Shown here: piece by piece, positions 1-12,540 of the stretch | Position numbering within the stretch: position 1 is the stretch's first letter | How the letters are laid out: each line of letters starts with the position of its first letter | DNA from: Octopus vulgaris | Lineage: Eukaryota | DNA length: 64,000 bases | Assembly (NCBI GenBank): GCA_951406725.2 | Contig: OX597820.1 | Coordinates: 106,082,001-106,146,000 of the forward strand | Direction: 5' to 3' | The notes under the pieces: generated by a model | What the model was told of the DNA's origin: nothing | Database searches by the model: none | What the model saw: only the letters and a program-made list of their open reading frames with translations | Position numbers and translations under genes: made by a program

Positions 1-761
1 TTCTCGACACAGGGACCCTCGACTCACGGTTTCCATATTCACAGAAGAAATGCAAACATGTAATTTACATATATCTATTTTCCATGAGCTTTAAAAACAA
101 GCTTCACTAGAAATAGCGTGTTCTGCTAGTAGAAGCAACCAAATTTCCCTCAAATCACACCCATCGTCTTATAAAACAACAAATACATAAAAACGAAGGC
201 AAAATGCTGTCTGCTGGCCACGAGACAGGAACCCTTATTCTCACATTTTAAAACCAATCGAAAACAAAACTCAGAATATTTTGTCTATTTTCTTATTCTT
301 TTTATCAAAATAAAATTGTCATTTCCAATTAAATTCGCTTTCGCTTTTCCGGAATTACATGTAACATGTTATGTTCAACTTCTCAAACTGAATGGAGTTT
401 CCACATTGATTCAACAAAGTTATGGGAATATTTTGCAAATTGATGATATTGTAATTGAGTAGATGACATTTTGTGGTCTAAATTTCAAATGATTGTAAAC
501 AGCATTTCGTTTGACAATGTTTATAGCAAACCAGTCTTTAGGATTTTCTTTCTTTAGCAGAAGTAAGATTAAATAAAACAAAGTGAATAACTTTTATTCA
601 CAAAACATACTTGCTAATTTCAGTTAAGGGTCCAGATGAATGCATTCTCATAAATAAATACAAACAAAATTCTAAAATGTTTTATGTAATATTCTTTGAA
701 GAACAAAGAGTTTGTAAAGTTACTCCATGTGTCTCGAGTCCGACTGAATAATAAACAAACT

Positions 762-989
762 TCAACGCAACTTGTCCTCGTCAAGCAATTCTTTATACTT
801 CTTACTACGCTCTACTCTTTTTTCTAGTATTTCTTCATATTTTTTTATCCGTTCGGTTTTAAAATAATTATCCACATCATCGATTTTCTGAGACAGTTTC
901 TTGTAAGGTTCCAGGTTCAAAAATACCGCTGTTAAACCTATTGTATACAATAGGGTTCCAAATACAAAAATTTTCCGAAAGCGGAACAT
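762..989 (-). CDS. Probable small single-pass membrane protein, 75 aa (MFRFRKIFVFGTLLYTIGLTAVFLNLEPYKK...DEDKLR); alternative start at 1004 gives 80 aa
   Basis: Non-repetitive uninterrupted ORF with a basic N-terminus, one ~19-aa hydrophobic segment and a K/E-rich helical tail. AATAAA lies on the minus strand at 593-598, about 165 nt past the stop. A relatively CpG-containing segment lies upstream (~1100-1270). No family recognised. Confidence 0.55.
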   Translation of the reverse strand: MFRFRKIFVFGTLLYTIGLTAVFLNLEPYKKLSQKIDDVDNYFKTERIKKYEEILEKRVERSKKYKELLDEDKLR

Positions 990-2075
990 TTTCGTTCCTT
1001 TCATAAATCCTCTGTCCCCTGATCCTTTGATCTCCCTTCCTTCCATTCTTAAAATATTTGTCAGGAACATTTTACAGTAGATTTGCTTTATTTTCCAAGC
1101 AAATCTCAAATTTCGATTGTTTTCTTTTTTCCCACGACACCGGTTCAAGAGTGATAACTCTTGAATTCAAACAAGTAGATTTTCATTGATTTAATGCTGT
1201 TCCTTACAAACTTTTTTCCGGCCCCTACAGTCTTGGGTTTCGTATCACTTATCCCTAAAAACATTATTCGGAGCAACAATTTTGTAAAGGTAGTAGAAAA
1301 TTTCATTAATTCAAGGGAAAAATATTTAAGTACAAAACATGAAATTTTTCTTCCAATGTATGACAAGCAAAAATAGGGAAGAAAAAAAAAAGGAAAAGGA
1401 AAAGCTAGTGGAGTTCACTAATTTGAAAAAAATATATTTAATTCTGAAAATAAAGTTTTCTAGAATTGTAATTTTAAGTGCATGACGAAAAAGAATAATT
1501 ATGGCTGGAAAAAGAAAAGAATATATCAAGTCATAAGATATAGCTACTTCTAAACTCTGCCCTAGTAAGATTGAGTGACAACAACTATTTCTCAGTTTAT
1601 TAGAAATACTATTAATCCTACGGTCTCCAAATAATCTAGTAGTTGAGACAGTGGGATTCACATACTCTGAGATTATCAATTTAATTCTTTTTCTATATAG
1701 TTTCCTTTAAATGATTTTACCTGCAACTTATCAATAATTTCAACACTTAACTGTTGATAATGGAATAAAGTCATTTCAAGATATCCAATCCTTTCTTTTT
1801 TCTAACTGAACTGATTTCAACTAAAATGTGTTTCCAGGGAAGATGGCAAGTGGTAATTGATTTTTGAAATAATATTTTCTATCATCAATTAAAATTATAA
1901 CTTTTTCAGTGTGTAGCAAAGTTTGACTGAATCAACCTGGCTGCTTTATCTATTGTAACACTGGCACAAACATTTAAAACACTTAATAACACTGGGTAAC
2001 ACGATTTTTGTCCTTGGGTGGCAACAGTTATCTCCTATTTGCTTACCCCAAAAAAATATTTAAAAATGGTTAATA

Positions 2076-2588
2076 CCGTAAATCCTTGAGTATAATCCGC
2101 ATGTTTTTCCCAAAATTTAAAGGTCAAAATCCCTAGTGAGTACTATATACGAGGTTAAAAAGGAAAATTATTTTCTAAGCAATGTCTGAGTCTCTATTTG
2201 CTGTCTGGCAATGTTTATTCAGACGCATTTTGTGATGTCGGGGGGTGAAAATACCTTAAGATAAGCCTGAAAGCAATGAAGTGATAAAAGAATCATCCAT
2301 AACTTGCATTAAGCAACATTTATTAAACGTTATTACTGTTATTTCTTTATTTTCTGCAAACAAAATGCACAAAAAAGCTACACGTTTGCATTATGTTATA
2401 TATACAATAATAATAAAGGACGTTACTGTATACATTTTTACAAACCAAGGATGTTATATAGACCTCCTTGACTCAAGTTAGAGAAGGCGTGCGTATTATA
2501 TACAAGGTTTAGGTTTTTCAGAGGTACAGCTCCCTAAAAATCCCCTGCGTATTATACTCAAGGACGGACTATACTCAAGCATTTACGG
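2076..2588. mobile_element. Tc1/mariner-pogo-type MITE, copy 1
   Basis: TIRs CCGTAAATCCTTGAGTATAATCCG / CGGACTATACTCAAGCATTTACGG with TA on both sides; second copy at 41572-42077. Confidence 0.85.
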
Positions 2589-3408
2589 TATTTCCTTCTA
2601 ACTTTGCATTTGTTACATTATTCAGACGCCAAAGAATCCCACTCAATTCGTGGCTATGATGTTCCCCATTACTCCTGCTCATGATCAGAGATGCACATAT
2701 TGTCAGCCACAAAGGAACATGCTCAGGTGATCATGGTCAAGCAACTGACAAGCAAATCTGTGCTGTTGAGCAGAATATTTGTTATAATGATACTTCTGCT
2801 TCAGGAACTCAGTGCTGAATCTGTCTGAAATGTAATGGAAAATAGGTCAGTTTCAGAACATTGATGTCCAGGTCACAAAAGCAATGGTTGAAGGGAATGG
2901 TAGTGATTTCCTTTGATTTCTAAATAGAAGCAAATAGGAAATAACACTTACTGACCAAAGACAAAACTAAAAAAAATATTAAAAAATAAAAATATTCTTA
3001 TATAATGTAAGTTATAAGAAACTAGAATGTTACCTGTCTTATGAAAGGTAACTTTGGAAGCTTACTATTGAAACCATGGTTAATGTCATAAAATATGGCA
3101 TTCATATCTTTCATCTTCTATCTTTTACTTGTTTCAGTCATTTGACTGTGGCCATGCTGGAGCACTGCTTTGAAGAGTTTTATTCAAATAAATTGACCTC
3201 AGGACTTATATATATATATATTTTAAAGGCTAGTGCTTATTCAATCAGTCTCTTTTGCCGAACTAATACTTACAGAGATGTAAACACATCAACATAGGTT
3301 GTCAAGCAGTGGTGGGACAAACACAGACATAGACTCATACACATAGATATATACAAATGTATATATAGATATGTGTGTGTTGCATAAAGTTAGATAAGGC
3401 TGGTTTAT

Positions 3409-3469
3409 GGGATTACCCTTGGTTTCATGTCCATAAAGCACTTAGCTTTATGGCATATCATCAGATCCC
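3409..3469 (-). ncRNA. Type I hammerhead ribozyme, canonical core
   Basis: Minus strand reads GGGAU-CUGAUGA-U-[AUG CCAUAAAGC uaagu GCUUUAUGG a CAU]-GAAA-[CC aag GG]-UA-AUCCC. Stems I, II and III all pair, both core motifs are present, and the cleavage triplet is GUA (cut between 3414 and 3413). Confidence 0.85.
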
Positions 3470-3560
3470 AAAACCTGTTGACTTAAGATCTCTCTAGTGA
3501 GTGGCCTCTCTGGAATATGGAAGCCACACTCGCTAGAGAGGCCTTAAGCCATTAGATTTT

Positions 3561-3621
3561 GAGAATTGATGATATACCATAAGGCTAAGCCCTTTATGGG
3601 TGTAAAACTCAGGGTAATCCC
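3561..3621 (+). ncRNA. Decayed hammerhead ribozyme (inverted copy of 3409-3469)
   Basis: GAGAA-UUGAUGA-...CCAUAAGGC..CCUUUAUGG..-AAAA-CUCAGGGUA-AUCCC; core C3 and G12 are mutated. Confidence 0.65.
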
Positions 3622-3854
3622 ATAAACTGGCCTTATCTAACTTTATTTATATTATATACTGCTCTATAACTTAGAGTGTGCTTCTTTTACAGATTTATGT
3701 TTTACCGATTATCGATATATATATATATATATATATTGTTGTATTTCGGAATGGTCATTTTGCCAGTTTAGCCAATAAAAACACATGCACTGTATATTTG
3801 GTGTTATTTTGCTTCAGTGTTATTTATTTTTTACATTAATCTTAATCTTATTTC

Positions 3855-3899
3855 GGCCAGAGTTCTTTCGTCACACTCCTGTGACCGCATCAGTGGTCC
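3855..3899 (-). ncRNA. Minimal type I hammerhead-like motif (A9 replaced by C) in a short element between (TA)n tracts (~3737-3990)
   Basis: Minus strand: GGACCA-CUGAUGC-G-[GUCACA ggag UGUGAC]-GAAA-G aa C-UC-UGGCC. Confidence 0.6.
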
Positions 3900-3988
3900 T
3901 TTGCTTTCTTCTTTCTTATTTGTGTGTCTCCCCTTACTAACCGTCAGCCATTTTGTATTTCTATTCTTGCACAACAAATATATAAACG

Positions 3989-4033
<45 letters not shown>

Positions 4034-4199
4034 GGAATAATTACTATGAAGCATTGTATAGAATATATTGTATAAAAGATTGTGAGTAAGGTCAAAACAA
4101 TGTGAAGTAAATGCAAGGTAAATTACAAGAAAACAAATATATGAATTAATGTAGACTTACACACAACCTTTTATACAATATATATATATATATACATTG

Positions 4200-4458
4200 T
4201 GAAAAACAACATTCCAGTGTGGTCGTTGTCAGTGCTGCCAGACTAGCTCTCATGCAGGTAGCATGTAAAAAACACCTTTTGAGTGTGGGTGTTGCCAGTA
4301 CCACCTGACTGTCCCTCGTGCTGGTGGCATGTAAAAGCACCCACTGCACTCATAGAATGTTTGGCATTAGGAAGGGTATCCATCTGTAGAAACTTTGTCA
4401 GATCAGATTGGAGCCTGATGCAGCCTTCTGGTTCGCCAGTCCTTAGTCAAACCATCCA

Positions 4459-4490
<32 letters not shown>

Positions 4491-4995
4491 CATCATCATC
4501 ATTTAACATCTGATTCCATGTTGTTTGACTGGAACTGATAAACCAGAGAGCTGTAGCAGGTTCCAGTCGTATTTGGCAAGGTTTCTATGGCTGGATGCCC
4601 TTCCTAATGCCAACTACTCCAAGGGTATAATTGGTGCTCTTTATGTGCCACCCGCATGGGTGCCATTTATATGACACCAGCAATGGCCATGACTACGATT
4701 AAATGAGTGCCATTTGGATGACCCAGTTAACAGCCATGACTATGGTTTCATTTGGTTTGGCGAATCTTCTCAAGCACAGAATATTGCCGAGGTCTTGGTT
4801 ACTTATTATCTCCTCCTTGAGGCCAACATTCAAAGATCATGCTTCTGGCAATGGCCATGACTATGATTTCACAAGTCTTCTCAAGCACAGAATATCACCA
4901 AAAGTTTCAGTCATTAGTCACTGTCCCCATGAGGCCCAACATTTGAAGATCATGCTTCACCACCTTGTCCCATGTCTTCCTAGGTCAACCTCTTC
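4200..4995. mobile_element. RTE 3'-end fragments in opposite orientations around (TA)n/(CAT)n
   Basis: Similar to the 3' UTR and C-terminal region of the RTE copies at 5447-7775 and 36209-38915. Confidence 0.65.
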
Positions 4996-5004
4996 TATAT
5001 ATAT

Positions 5005-5280
5005 ACAGAGTGCATAAGGTATTTGAGGACATAACTTTTGGGGGTCATTGCTGCAGTTTTTGCTAACTCTGTATAATCTTTATTTCAGAAAATAATAATG
5101 GCAGACCCTCAGCTTACACAAGAAATGAAGAGGTATGCCATTATTGTGATTATAAAGGCTGAGTATAACGATTTAGGAATATCTCATTTTTTAAAAGTTG
5201 TCAGATCTTTCATTAACAAAGTTTGTAAGGAGCTAGAGACTGAAGATGGAAACGTATCACCAGTATCAAACCATCTCTCT
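5005..5280 (+). mobile_element. Tc1-like transposon 5' fragment
   Basis: Begins TA-CAG after a (TA)n tract; ORF MADPQLTQEMKRYAIIV...ISHFLKVVRSFINKV resembles an N-terminal HTH of a Tc1 transposase. Confidence 0.5.
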
Positions 5281-5446
5281 GTCGACTGGCTACTGGTCTA
5301 TTTATAATGGCTTATTACTACCACTTGTTACTGGGAGAGATGTACAGTTTCACTATACAACATCTCCCCTTTTAAATTTTTTATTAACAATTAATTTCTT
5401 TTATTCACCTTACCTCCTTTTATATATCATCATCATCATCATCATC

Positions 5447-7775
5447 ATTTAATGTCCGCTTTCCATGCTAGCATGGGTTGGACGATTTGACTGAGGTCTG
5501 GCGAACCAGACTCCAATCTGATCTGGCAGAGTTTCTGCAGCTGGATGCTCTTCCTAATGCCAACAACTCAGAGAGTGTAGTGGGTGCATTTACGTGCCAC
5601 CGGCACGAGGGCCAGTTTGGTGGTACTGACAACAACCACGCCCAAATGGTGCTTTTTACGTGCCACCTGCACAGGAGCCAGTCCAGCGGCACTGGCAACG
5701 ACCTCGTTGGAATGTGTCATGTGCCACCAGCACAAGTACTAGTAGGGCGATGCGGTAACGATCACGCTCGAATGGTGTGCCTAACGTGCCATCGGCACGA
5801 AGGCCGGCTTGTTGCTCTGGCAACGATCTCACTCGAATGGCAATGTTAGCAGTCCACTAGCAACGGCTGCCAGTCACCGAGTTTGATTTCGAATTTGATT
5901 TCACTTGCTTCAACTGGTCTTTGCAAGCAGAGTTTAGTGTCCAATGAAGAAAAGGCACACATAAGTGGGCTGGTTACCCCCTAGCATGGGCCACAAGGTT
6001 ATGGTCACACTTGCGCTTGCCGAGTCTTCTGCAGCACAGCATATTTCCAGAGGTCCTGGCCACTAGTTATTGCCTCGGTGAGGCCCAATGTTTGAAGGTC
6101 ATGCTTCAACACCTCATCCCAGGATTTCCTGGGTCTACCTCTTCCACAGGTTCCCTCAACTGCTAGGGTGTGGCACTTTTTCACACAGCTATCCTCATCC
6201 ATTCTAGCCACATGACCATACCAATGCAGTCGTCTCTCTTGTACGCCACATCTGATGCTTCTTAGGTCCAACCTTTCTCTCAGGGCACTAACATTCTGTT
6301 GAGTATGCACACTGACATTACACATCCATCGGAGCATGCTAGCTTCATTCCTTGTGAGCTTACACATATCCTCAGCAGTCACGGCCCATATTTCACTGCC
6401 ATGTAGCATGGCTGTTCATACACATGCATCATACAGTCTACCTTTTACTGTGAGCGAGAGGTCCTTTGTCACCAGCAGAGATAAGAGCTCTCTGAACTTA
6501 GCCCAGGCTATTCTTATTCTAGCAGCTACACTTTCAGTGCACCCTCCCCCGCTACTGACTTGGTCACCTAGGTAACGGAAGCTATCAACTACTTCTAGTT
6601 TTTCTCCTTGGAATGTGGCAGAAGTTGTTCTCTGCACATTTTCAGTGTTATTTATAGCTCCCGAGCATCTGCCACATACGAAAACCATCCTCCCAGTTAG
6701 CCTTCCTTTGATATTGCTGCACCTCTTATGTGTCTAAAGCTTACACTGGGTACATCTTATAGAGTTTCTACCTACGCCTTTTCTACAGATCGAGCAGGGC
6801 CATCTACCTGAAGGGACCACCAGATAAAGGATCGGGGGACCCTGTCAAAGACTTTCTCCATATCAACGAAAGCCAGGTACAGGGGTTTATCTTTGGCTAG
6901 GTATTTCTCCTGCAGGTGTCTAACCAGAAATATAGCATCAGTGGTGCTTTTCCCTGGCACGAAACCAAACTGCATCTCGTCCAAACTGGACTCTCTCCCT
7001 AATTAGTTGGGCTATCACCCTCTCCGTGATCTTCATTACCTGATCCAAGAGCTTGATACCTCTGTAATTATTTGTATCTAAAGCATCACCTTTACCTTTG
7101 TAGCAGTTGACTATAGTGCTGCTACACCAGTCATTGGGTATGATTCCTTCATGTATTGCCTGGTTAACTATACAGGTGACCAGGCTAATGCCAATACTGC
7201 CAGATATTTTGATCATCTCTGCAGTAATTCCTGATGGGCCAGGGGCTTTCCCTGTCTTCATACTCTTAATTGCTTTAACTACCAAGGTACTGTCAACTCG
7301 GATAGCTGGTTGGTTCAACATTCGGCAGACTCTCTTTCTCCCATTCATTTTCTTTGTTCAGCAACCTTTCATAGTGGCGTCTCCAAACCTCTCTCTTTGC
7401 AGCCTCATTTAGTGCAAGAGAACCATCATCCATGTGAACACATTTCTTTCCTACAACATCACGATTCTCTCTCATACACTGTCTTGCAACATGAAATACC
7501 TCAAGTCTTTGGTCCTCACAGCACAGAACATTGGCAAATTTTTTCTCATCTGCTTCCCCTCTGGCTAAATAAACCTGTCTCCTAGCTTCTCTTCTGGCAG
7601 TCTGATACAATTCCCTGCTACCACCATTCTTCCAGTCCTTCCAAGCCTGTCACTTTTCTCTAATAGCCCTGTCTACAACATTGTTCACTACCACATTATT
7701 TTGGGTCGAGAGGGGACTTTGCACCATCCACAGATCTGGTCAGTGGCTCTCAGCAGGTTGTCCCTTAGAAACCTT
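5447..7775 (-). mobile_element. RTE-clade LINE, 5'-truncated, frameshifted, RT core deleted
   Basis: ORF pieces KAPGPSGI, NYRGIKLL, QFGFVPGKSTTDAIF, AFVDMEK, FRYLG, MLHGSEIW, WYGHVARM and GRGRPRKSW; (GAT)n tail. The YADD region present in the 36-39 kb copy is missing at the junction near 6817. Confidence 0.92.
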
Positions 7776-7799
7776 CAGTTGTCTTCTACCCCATGTGAA

Positions 7800-9400
7800 G
7801 CTATATCCCCTTCTATTTCTATATATATGTATATATATATATCAATGTCTTTTCCTCTTAGGGTGTACTTTTAGGGTGTACTTCAGTGTTCTACATTTTC
7901 CTTGTTCATATGGTTTTGACTTTTTGTAATGGTATTGGAACTTGAAAAGTGTCATTTAACCAATCTATCAGTATTTCTACTCTTGTTGGTTCCTTTTCTA
8001 TGACTCTTTCCTTAAGCTGATTTCTATGTCTCTTTTCCATTCCATTTCTGCTTCTTACACCATACATCATTCTTCCTATGTATGTTACAATTTCTCTTTC
8101 TTTCCAGTATTGCTTACCATTTTTGTACATTCTTATATATACCTTATCACCTATTCTAAAGAATTTTGGTATGTCTTTACGAGTATGTATTTTCTTCTTC
8201 ACTGGTAACAAATACTGACTTAACCTTTCTGGCAAACATTAATTCTGCTGGGGAACTTCCTTCTGGCACATTTGGATTCGGAGTTACCCTGTATACCCTT
8301 AAGAATTGTTGGATTGTGACCTTGTCTGTGGCTTCCTTATTAACTTTCTTTAAAGCTCTCTTAAAAGAATCCACTGACCGTTTGGCCCTTCCATTTGATT
8401 TAGGCTGATATGGTGCTTTAGTTTTATGTTCTAATGTGAATATCTCATAGAATCTTTTAAACTCACTGGAAGTTACTGGTAGTTCACACATGATGTTCCA
8501 CATGACTTCTTTTTGTTTCAGTTCATTTGACTGCTCCATTTACACTATTACACGAAGTGCTTTTGGGTGTATCTCATAAATTAAATTTCTCCATACATTC
8601 AGTGCCAAATAAATTCATGGATTTTTTCAACACATAAACTTTCACTTTTTTGTTCAACCTTTGAACATTATATTACAAATGTATTCGCCCATGGAATATA
8701 ATTTCCTTCCCATAACACCATATGCGATTTTGTTTGAATTACATAATTTTGGTTTACCCATTTGTTACCATGTTTTCTCCTTTATGGTTCTGATATAATT
8801 TCCTGTGTCTAACTGCATTCTTACACTACTGGTTTCAATTCTCACAGTCATGAATTTTCTGTTTGTTATAGTCACAACTTTTCTTGCTGACAAACTATTT
8901 GCGTTTCCTTGTTTGTTCCATTTTCCTATCAGTCTAGTTTTGCAGTGTGATTTTTATATATCCTGTAAACACGCAGCAAAAACACTTTGCTTTTTATATG
9001 GACAATCTTTTTTCAGGTGCATCCCACCACATGCTATACATGGGTCTACATCCCAATATATTTTCTGTTTTTCTTGCAACACTTTAGTTGTCTTTTGACA
9101 TTTTTGCACTGGTCTTATGTGGAAATATTCTTTCCATTGAATTTCTGTCATATCATGGCTTGATTTTAATATTCTGTTACACTCTTCTGATGGTTTCTGC
9201 ATTGTCAAATACTGATCCATATTCAGTTTTGATAGAATTTTCATTTGGATTTCCACATCCCTTCTATCTGTCAAAAATACACAAAGTCGTCTGCAGAAAT
9301 CTTCAAGGCAATCTGTGGGGTCAGTAGTGGTTTTTATAGAGGACAAGAAGTCAAATTTTAGAAAATTTGAGAAAACCCGTATCATGCTGATTGGTTGATT
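7800..9400 (-). mobile_element. Decayed Ty3/Gypsy LTR retrotransposon internal fragment (gag, protease remnant, integrase)
   Basis: CIACGGMHLKKDC zinc knuckle and integrase motifs APYQPKSNGRAKRSV, YRVTPN, SPAELMF, FRIGDKVY and KRHRNQLK. Confidence 0.85.
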
Positions 9401-11018
9401 TATAGACCAATCATGTGAAACTATGGTGGCTCACTCCAGTTAGGTTTTGAATCTTGTTACAGTTTCAATTAATGTTGAAACTATCAAAACATTTATTAGA
9501 ATAACTTTGTCACTTTTAAGTTTGTGTTTAGAACATAAATATGGAATTTTAATGGAAGATTTTAATTTAGATCACTTGAAAAAAATGTTGTTTATATCAG
9601 AGAACTAGAGGCAGTATCATGCAGATTTAAATATTTTAAAACTATTTCTGATTTTTTTTTGTATTATCTTAAAAACCCCAAACTTATTAGGTCAGTGTCA
9701 TTAAGGAGCCTTAAATTAAAAGACTCAATGAGGCTTCAAATATTATACTATAGTCAGATTTTGTTTGATAAAACTCTTCAGGATAAAATATATGTTGACA
9801 GCTATCATGTCTAATATAATATACACATTTTAGTCATGCATTTGTATCTCTTATTCAGAAAGAAAAAAAAAAAATTTACTACCAAATTAAATTTTCCAGT
9901 AACCCATTGATTTTGTTTTCATACTGTTTGACCTTACTTTTGGGAAGTGTATCTCTGTAAGTGGGTTGTAAAGCTCTCACACACCATTCACCTACATCTA
10001 GTTTCCTTAGTAACAGCTAGGCTACTTACTAAATATGGTATTATGTCAAAAATACTTTATCCAAGCAGATGAATCTTAGGTATAGTGATGTTAGAGATTG
10101 CTATGGCAGTTCTATCATATAGAAAATAACAACTTGAGTAACAGTTTCATATTAAAATTTTTTGCTACCACATTTCTATTGAAATGCACTGCCTTTGTTT
10201 CAGTTACTTTTGAAAACGATAAAGAATTTAGAAAAATAACTTTGTCCTTGTTAATCTGGTGAAACATAAATTAGCATGACCTTGTCATGGAAGTATTTTT
10301 ATTTAGATCATTTCAAACTAGAAAGTTTGTAACATAGAATCAAGATCAGTTTCAGGTGGGTTGGCATCAAAAAGGTTGAACAACTTGAGTACAATGTAAT
10401 CTGGTTGCACCTTGCTTTATGGAACTGCAGAAAATATATTCACATAGCATATTTTCTACACATCTGTGGACTCATGCCTCACTGTTTGGCCAATACCTGC
10501 TGGTCATTAAGTCTCCTTGTTCAGAGCTGACCTGGGACAACAGCAACAATGACAATGATGATGATGATGACAACAATGACAACAGCAACAACTTCAACTG
10601 AAAAATCTTCAATTCTTGATCCTTTCTTGGATATAAATCCTTTTCCTCTTTTATCTCTTGCACCTATAAAGAAATCTATTCCTTAAAACATACCAGATGT
10701 GAACCATATTTCTTTAGATATTATTGTTTAGCAGTATTTAAATAAATATTAACAATTATTTAAATATTACACCAACTTAACTACTTCTAATTCTTGTTGT
10801 TGGTTTCATTGTGCTATTTTCTTAACCTTTTAATGTTTAAGAAGAATAAATGTTTTAACAAGTCTCATATTTTTTCCTAGCCTAGCCATTGCTACTTTTA
10901 ATTACCATCACATTTAAAACCCACATTTATTTGCTGCATATTTACATCCAACTTCTAAATTGTACATCTGCTATCCATTTCAAATTCAGAACTATCCTAC
11001 ATATTTGTGTTCCTATTT

Positions 11019-11166
<148 letters not shown>

Positions 11167-11751
11167 AGATGGTAGTAAAGATAACCTGCCAACAGAAATT
11201 TAGCATTTTCAACATAGTTATTAGTATGGCCTGATGAAATCTGGTTGCATCTGGTATCATTGTTTATAAGTTAAACATAAGGTGAGAGAAGTGCCATTGT
11301 CTGGTAAAATCAAAGTGGTTGATGTTCAAATTTCAAAGACTGAAATCGGGAAAGAAAATTTTATATATGCAGGTATGAAGTGAGTTCTAGAGGAATAAGA
11401 TAAATTAAGTGCAAGAACTATGAGGTGAGATATGATAGAGGAGTAGTGAGAGGAAGAGTATATCAAATGGGTATGGCTGGAGTTGGGTATACATCTCATT
11501 GGTTTAGAGAAGCAGAGGGTATTGTTTACTTAGGGTGGGAGAGGCATGAAAAGGAAGAACATGTCTGTGAACTGGTGATTGTAATATACTAGTGTGTGAA
11601 GCATTGCTAATCAGCTGGATTTCTTTTCAATGTGTGTAGAGCTGTACACTAGTATTTGCATGTGAGCAGTTCACCAATTACAAAATTCTATTGCACTTGA
11701 AATTTGGTGAAGGTCAACTGCTGATCAGGGCTGAAGTATTTCCTGACATAA

Positions 11752-11789
<38 letters not shown>

Positions 11790-11796
<7 letters not shown>

Positions 11797-12170
11797 CTTG
11801 TCCGTCAATATCTGGAGATGACAAAGTCTGTGTTCTCAGTGATGAGAGTGCCTGACTTCACAGTCCAGAGCCATAACGATAGTTTGTTGTCTGGATTGAG
11901 ACAGATGCTGCCCTGTGACATCTGTCTCTTGCAGCAGTGAGATGCTGCTACACACGAGGTGAGAGAGCTTCACGCTGATCTGTCTATGGCAGAGGCTTCA
12001 AGTTTGCATGGACTAATGCCACTCCATTTGTGGGTGCTTTTCAGGATGTCTTTTTACATCAGTTTAGGGCTTCCTTGTTTGCGTGAGCACTGCATGAATT
12101 CACTGTACAACAGCTGTCTGGGTACATGCAAAATAGCATTGTCATACCTTTGTTCTTCTGTGCAAGTGAG
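11790..12170 (-). mobile_element. Decayed RTE-like LINE 3' fragment
   Basis: Minus-strand remnants PRQLLYSE, GSPKL.KDILK and CLNPDNKL..H; related in organisation to 16380-17060. Confidence 0.5.
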
Positions 12171-12219
12171 ACATGGGCTACTATGAAAAGTGCCATTGAA
12201 AGATCTGTGTTCAGAGTAT

Positions 12220-12540
12220 CATTGCGAGAGCGTGTCTGAAATTAAATGATTAGAGAATGGAGTGAAGTGAATGATATGATTGCAGAATACCAAAATCACC
12301 AAGTTCTGCTGGATCAGACATGTCTCAACATTCACAGACAAGTGGATGCATGCAGTTGCTGAGTGGAATCTAAGAGACCAGAAAAAGTCACCCAGAAAAC
12401 CTCTACACAGATTGCAAGACAATTTAGTTAAACTATATGGACCAAGATGAAAAAGAATAGCACAATCAAGAAAGAAGAACTGGAAGGGCATTGTGACCAG
12501 TGGTTTATAATAACATCCAATAGTCTGGTTGATACAGTGA
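12220..12540 (+). mobile_element. Decayed non-LTR 3' fragment (related copy at 49320-49710)
   Basis: Shared segments between the two loci, for example CAAGTTCTGCTG, CAAGATGAAAAAGAA and GCATTGTGACCAGTGG...ACATC.AATAGTCTGGTTGATAC. Confidence 0.55.

Larger units (their letters stand above)
3384..3714. mobile_element. Foldback Penelope/retrozyme-like short element (~120-bp inverted arms 3384-3646; right copy extends to the (TA)n)
   Basis: ATAAAGTTAGATAAGGC...TAGTGAGTG is mirrored by CACTCGCTAG...CCTTATCTAACTTTAT. Each arm carries a hammerhead motif. Confidence 0.75.

Noticed and set aside
1-360. Possible first exon (minus-strand ATGGAAACC|GTGAGT at ~22-36) and a CCGGAA motif
   Set aside because: Single short motifs at the window edge; insufficient evidence.
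5575-5880. Regularly spaced palindromic repeats resembling a CRISPR array
   Set aside because: Intervening segments are homologous to each other, the array lies in an RTE 3' UTR, the context is eukaryotic and there are no cas genes.
10472-10665. Minus-strand acceptor plus an ORF resembling a tail-anchored protein
   Set aside because: The hydrophobic stretch is a (GAT/AAC)n microsatellite attached to a repeat also seen near 15515 and 59815; no convincing donor or homology.
11232-11260. CTGATGA motif
   Set aside because: No stem II and GAAA follow; the same applies to 55197-55204 (minus), 25197-25205 (minus) and the hits inside Tx1 and mariner ORFs.
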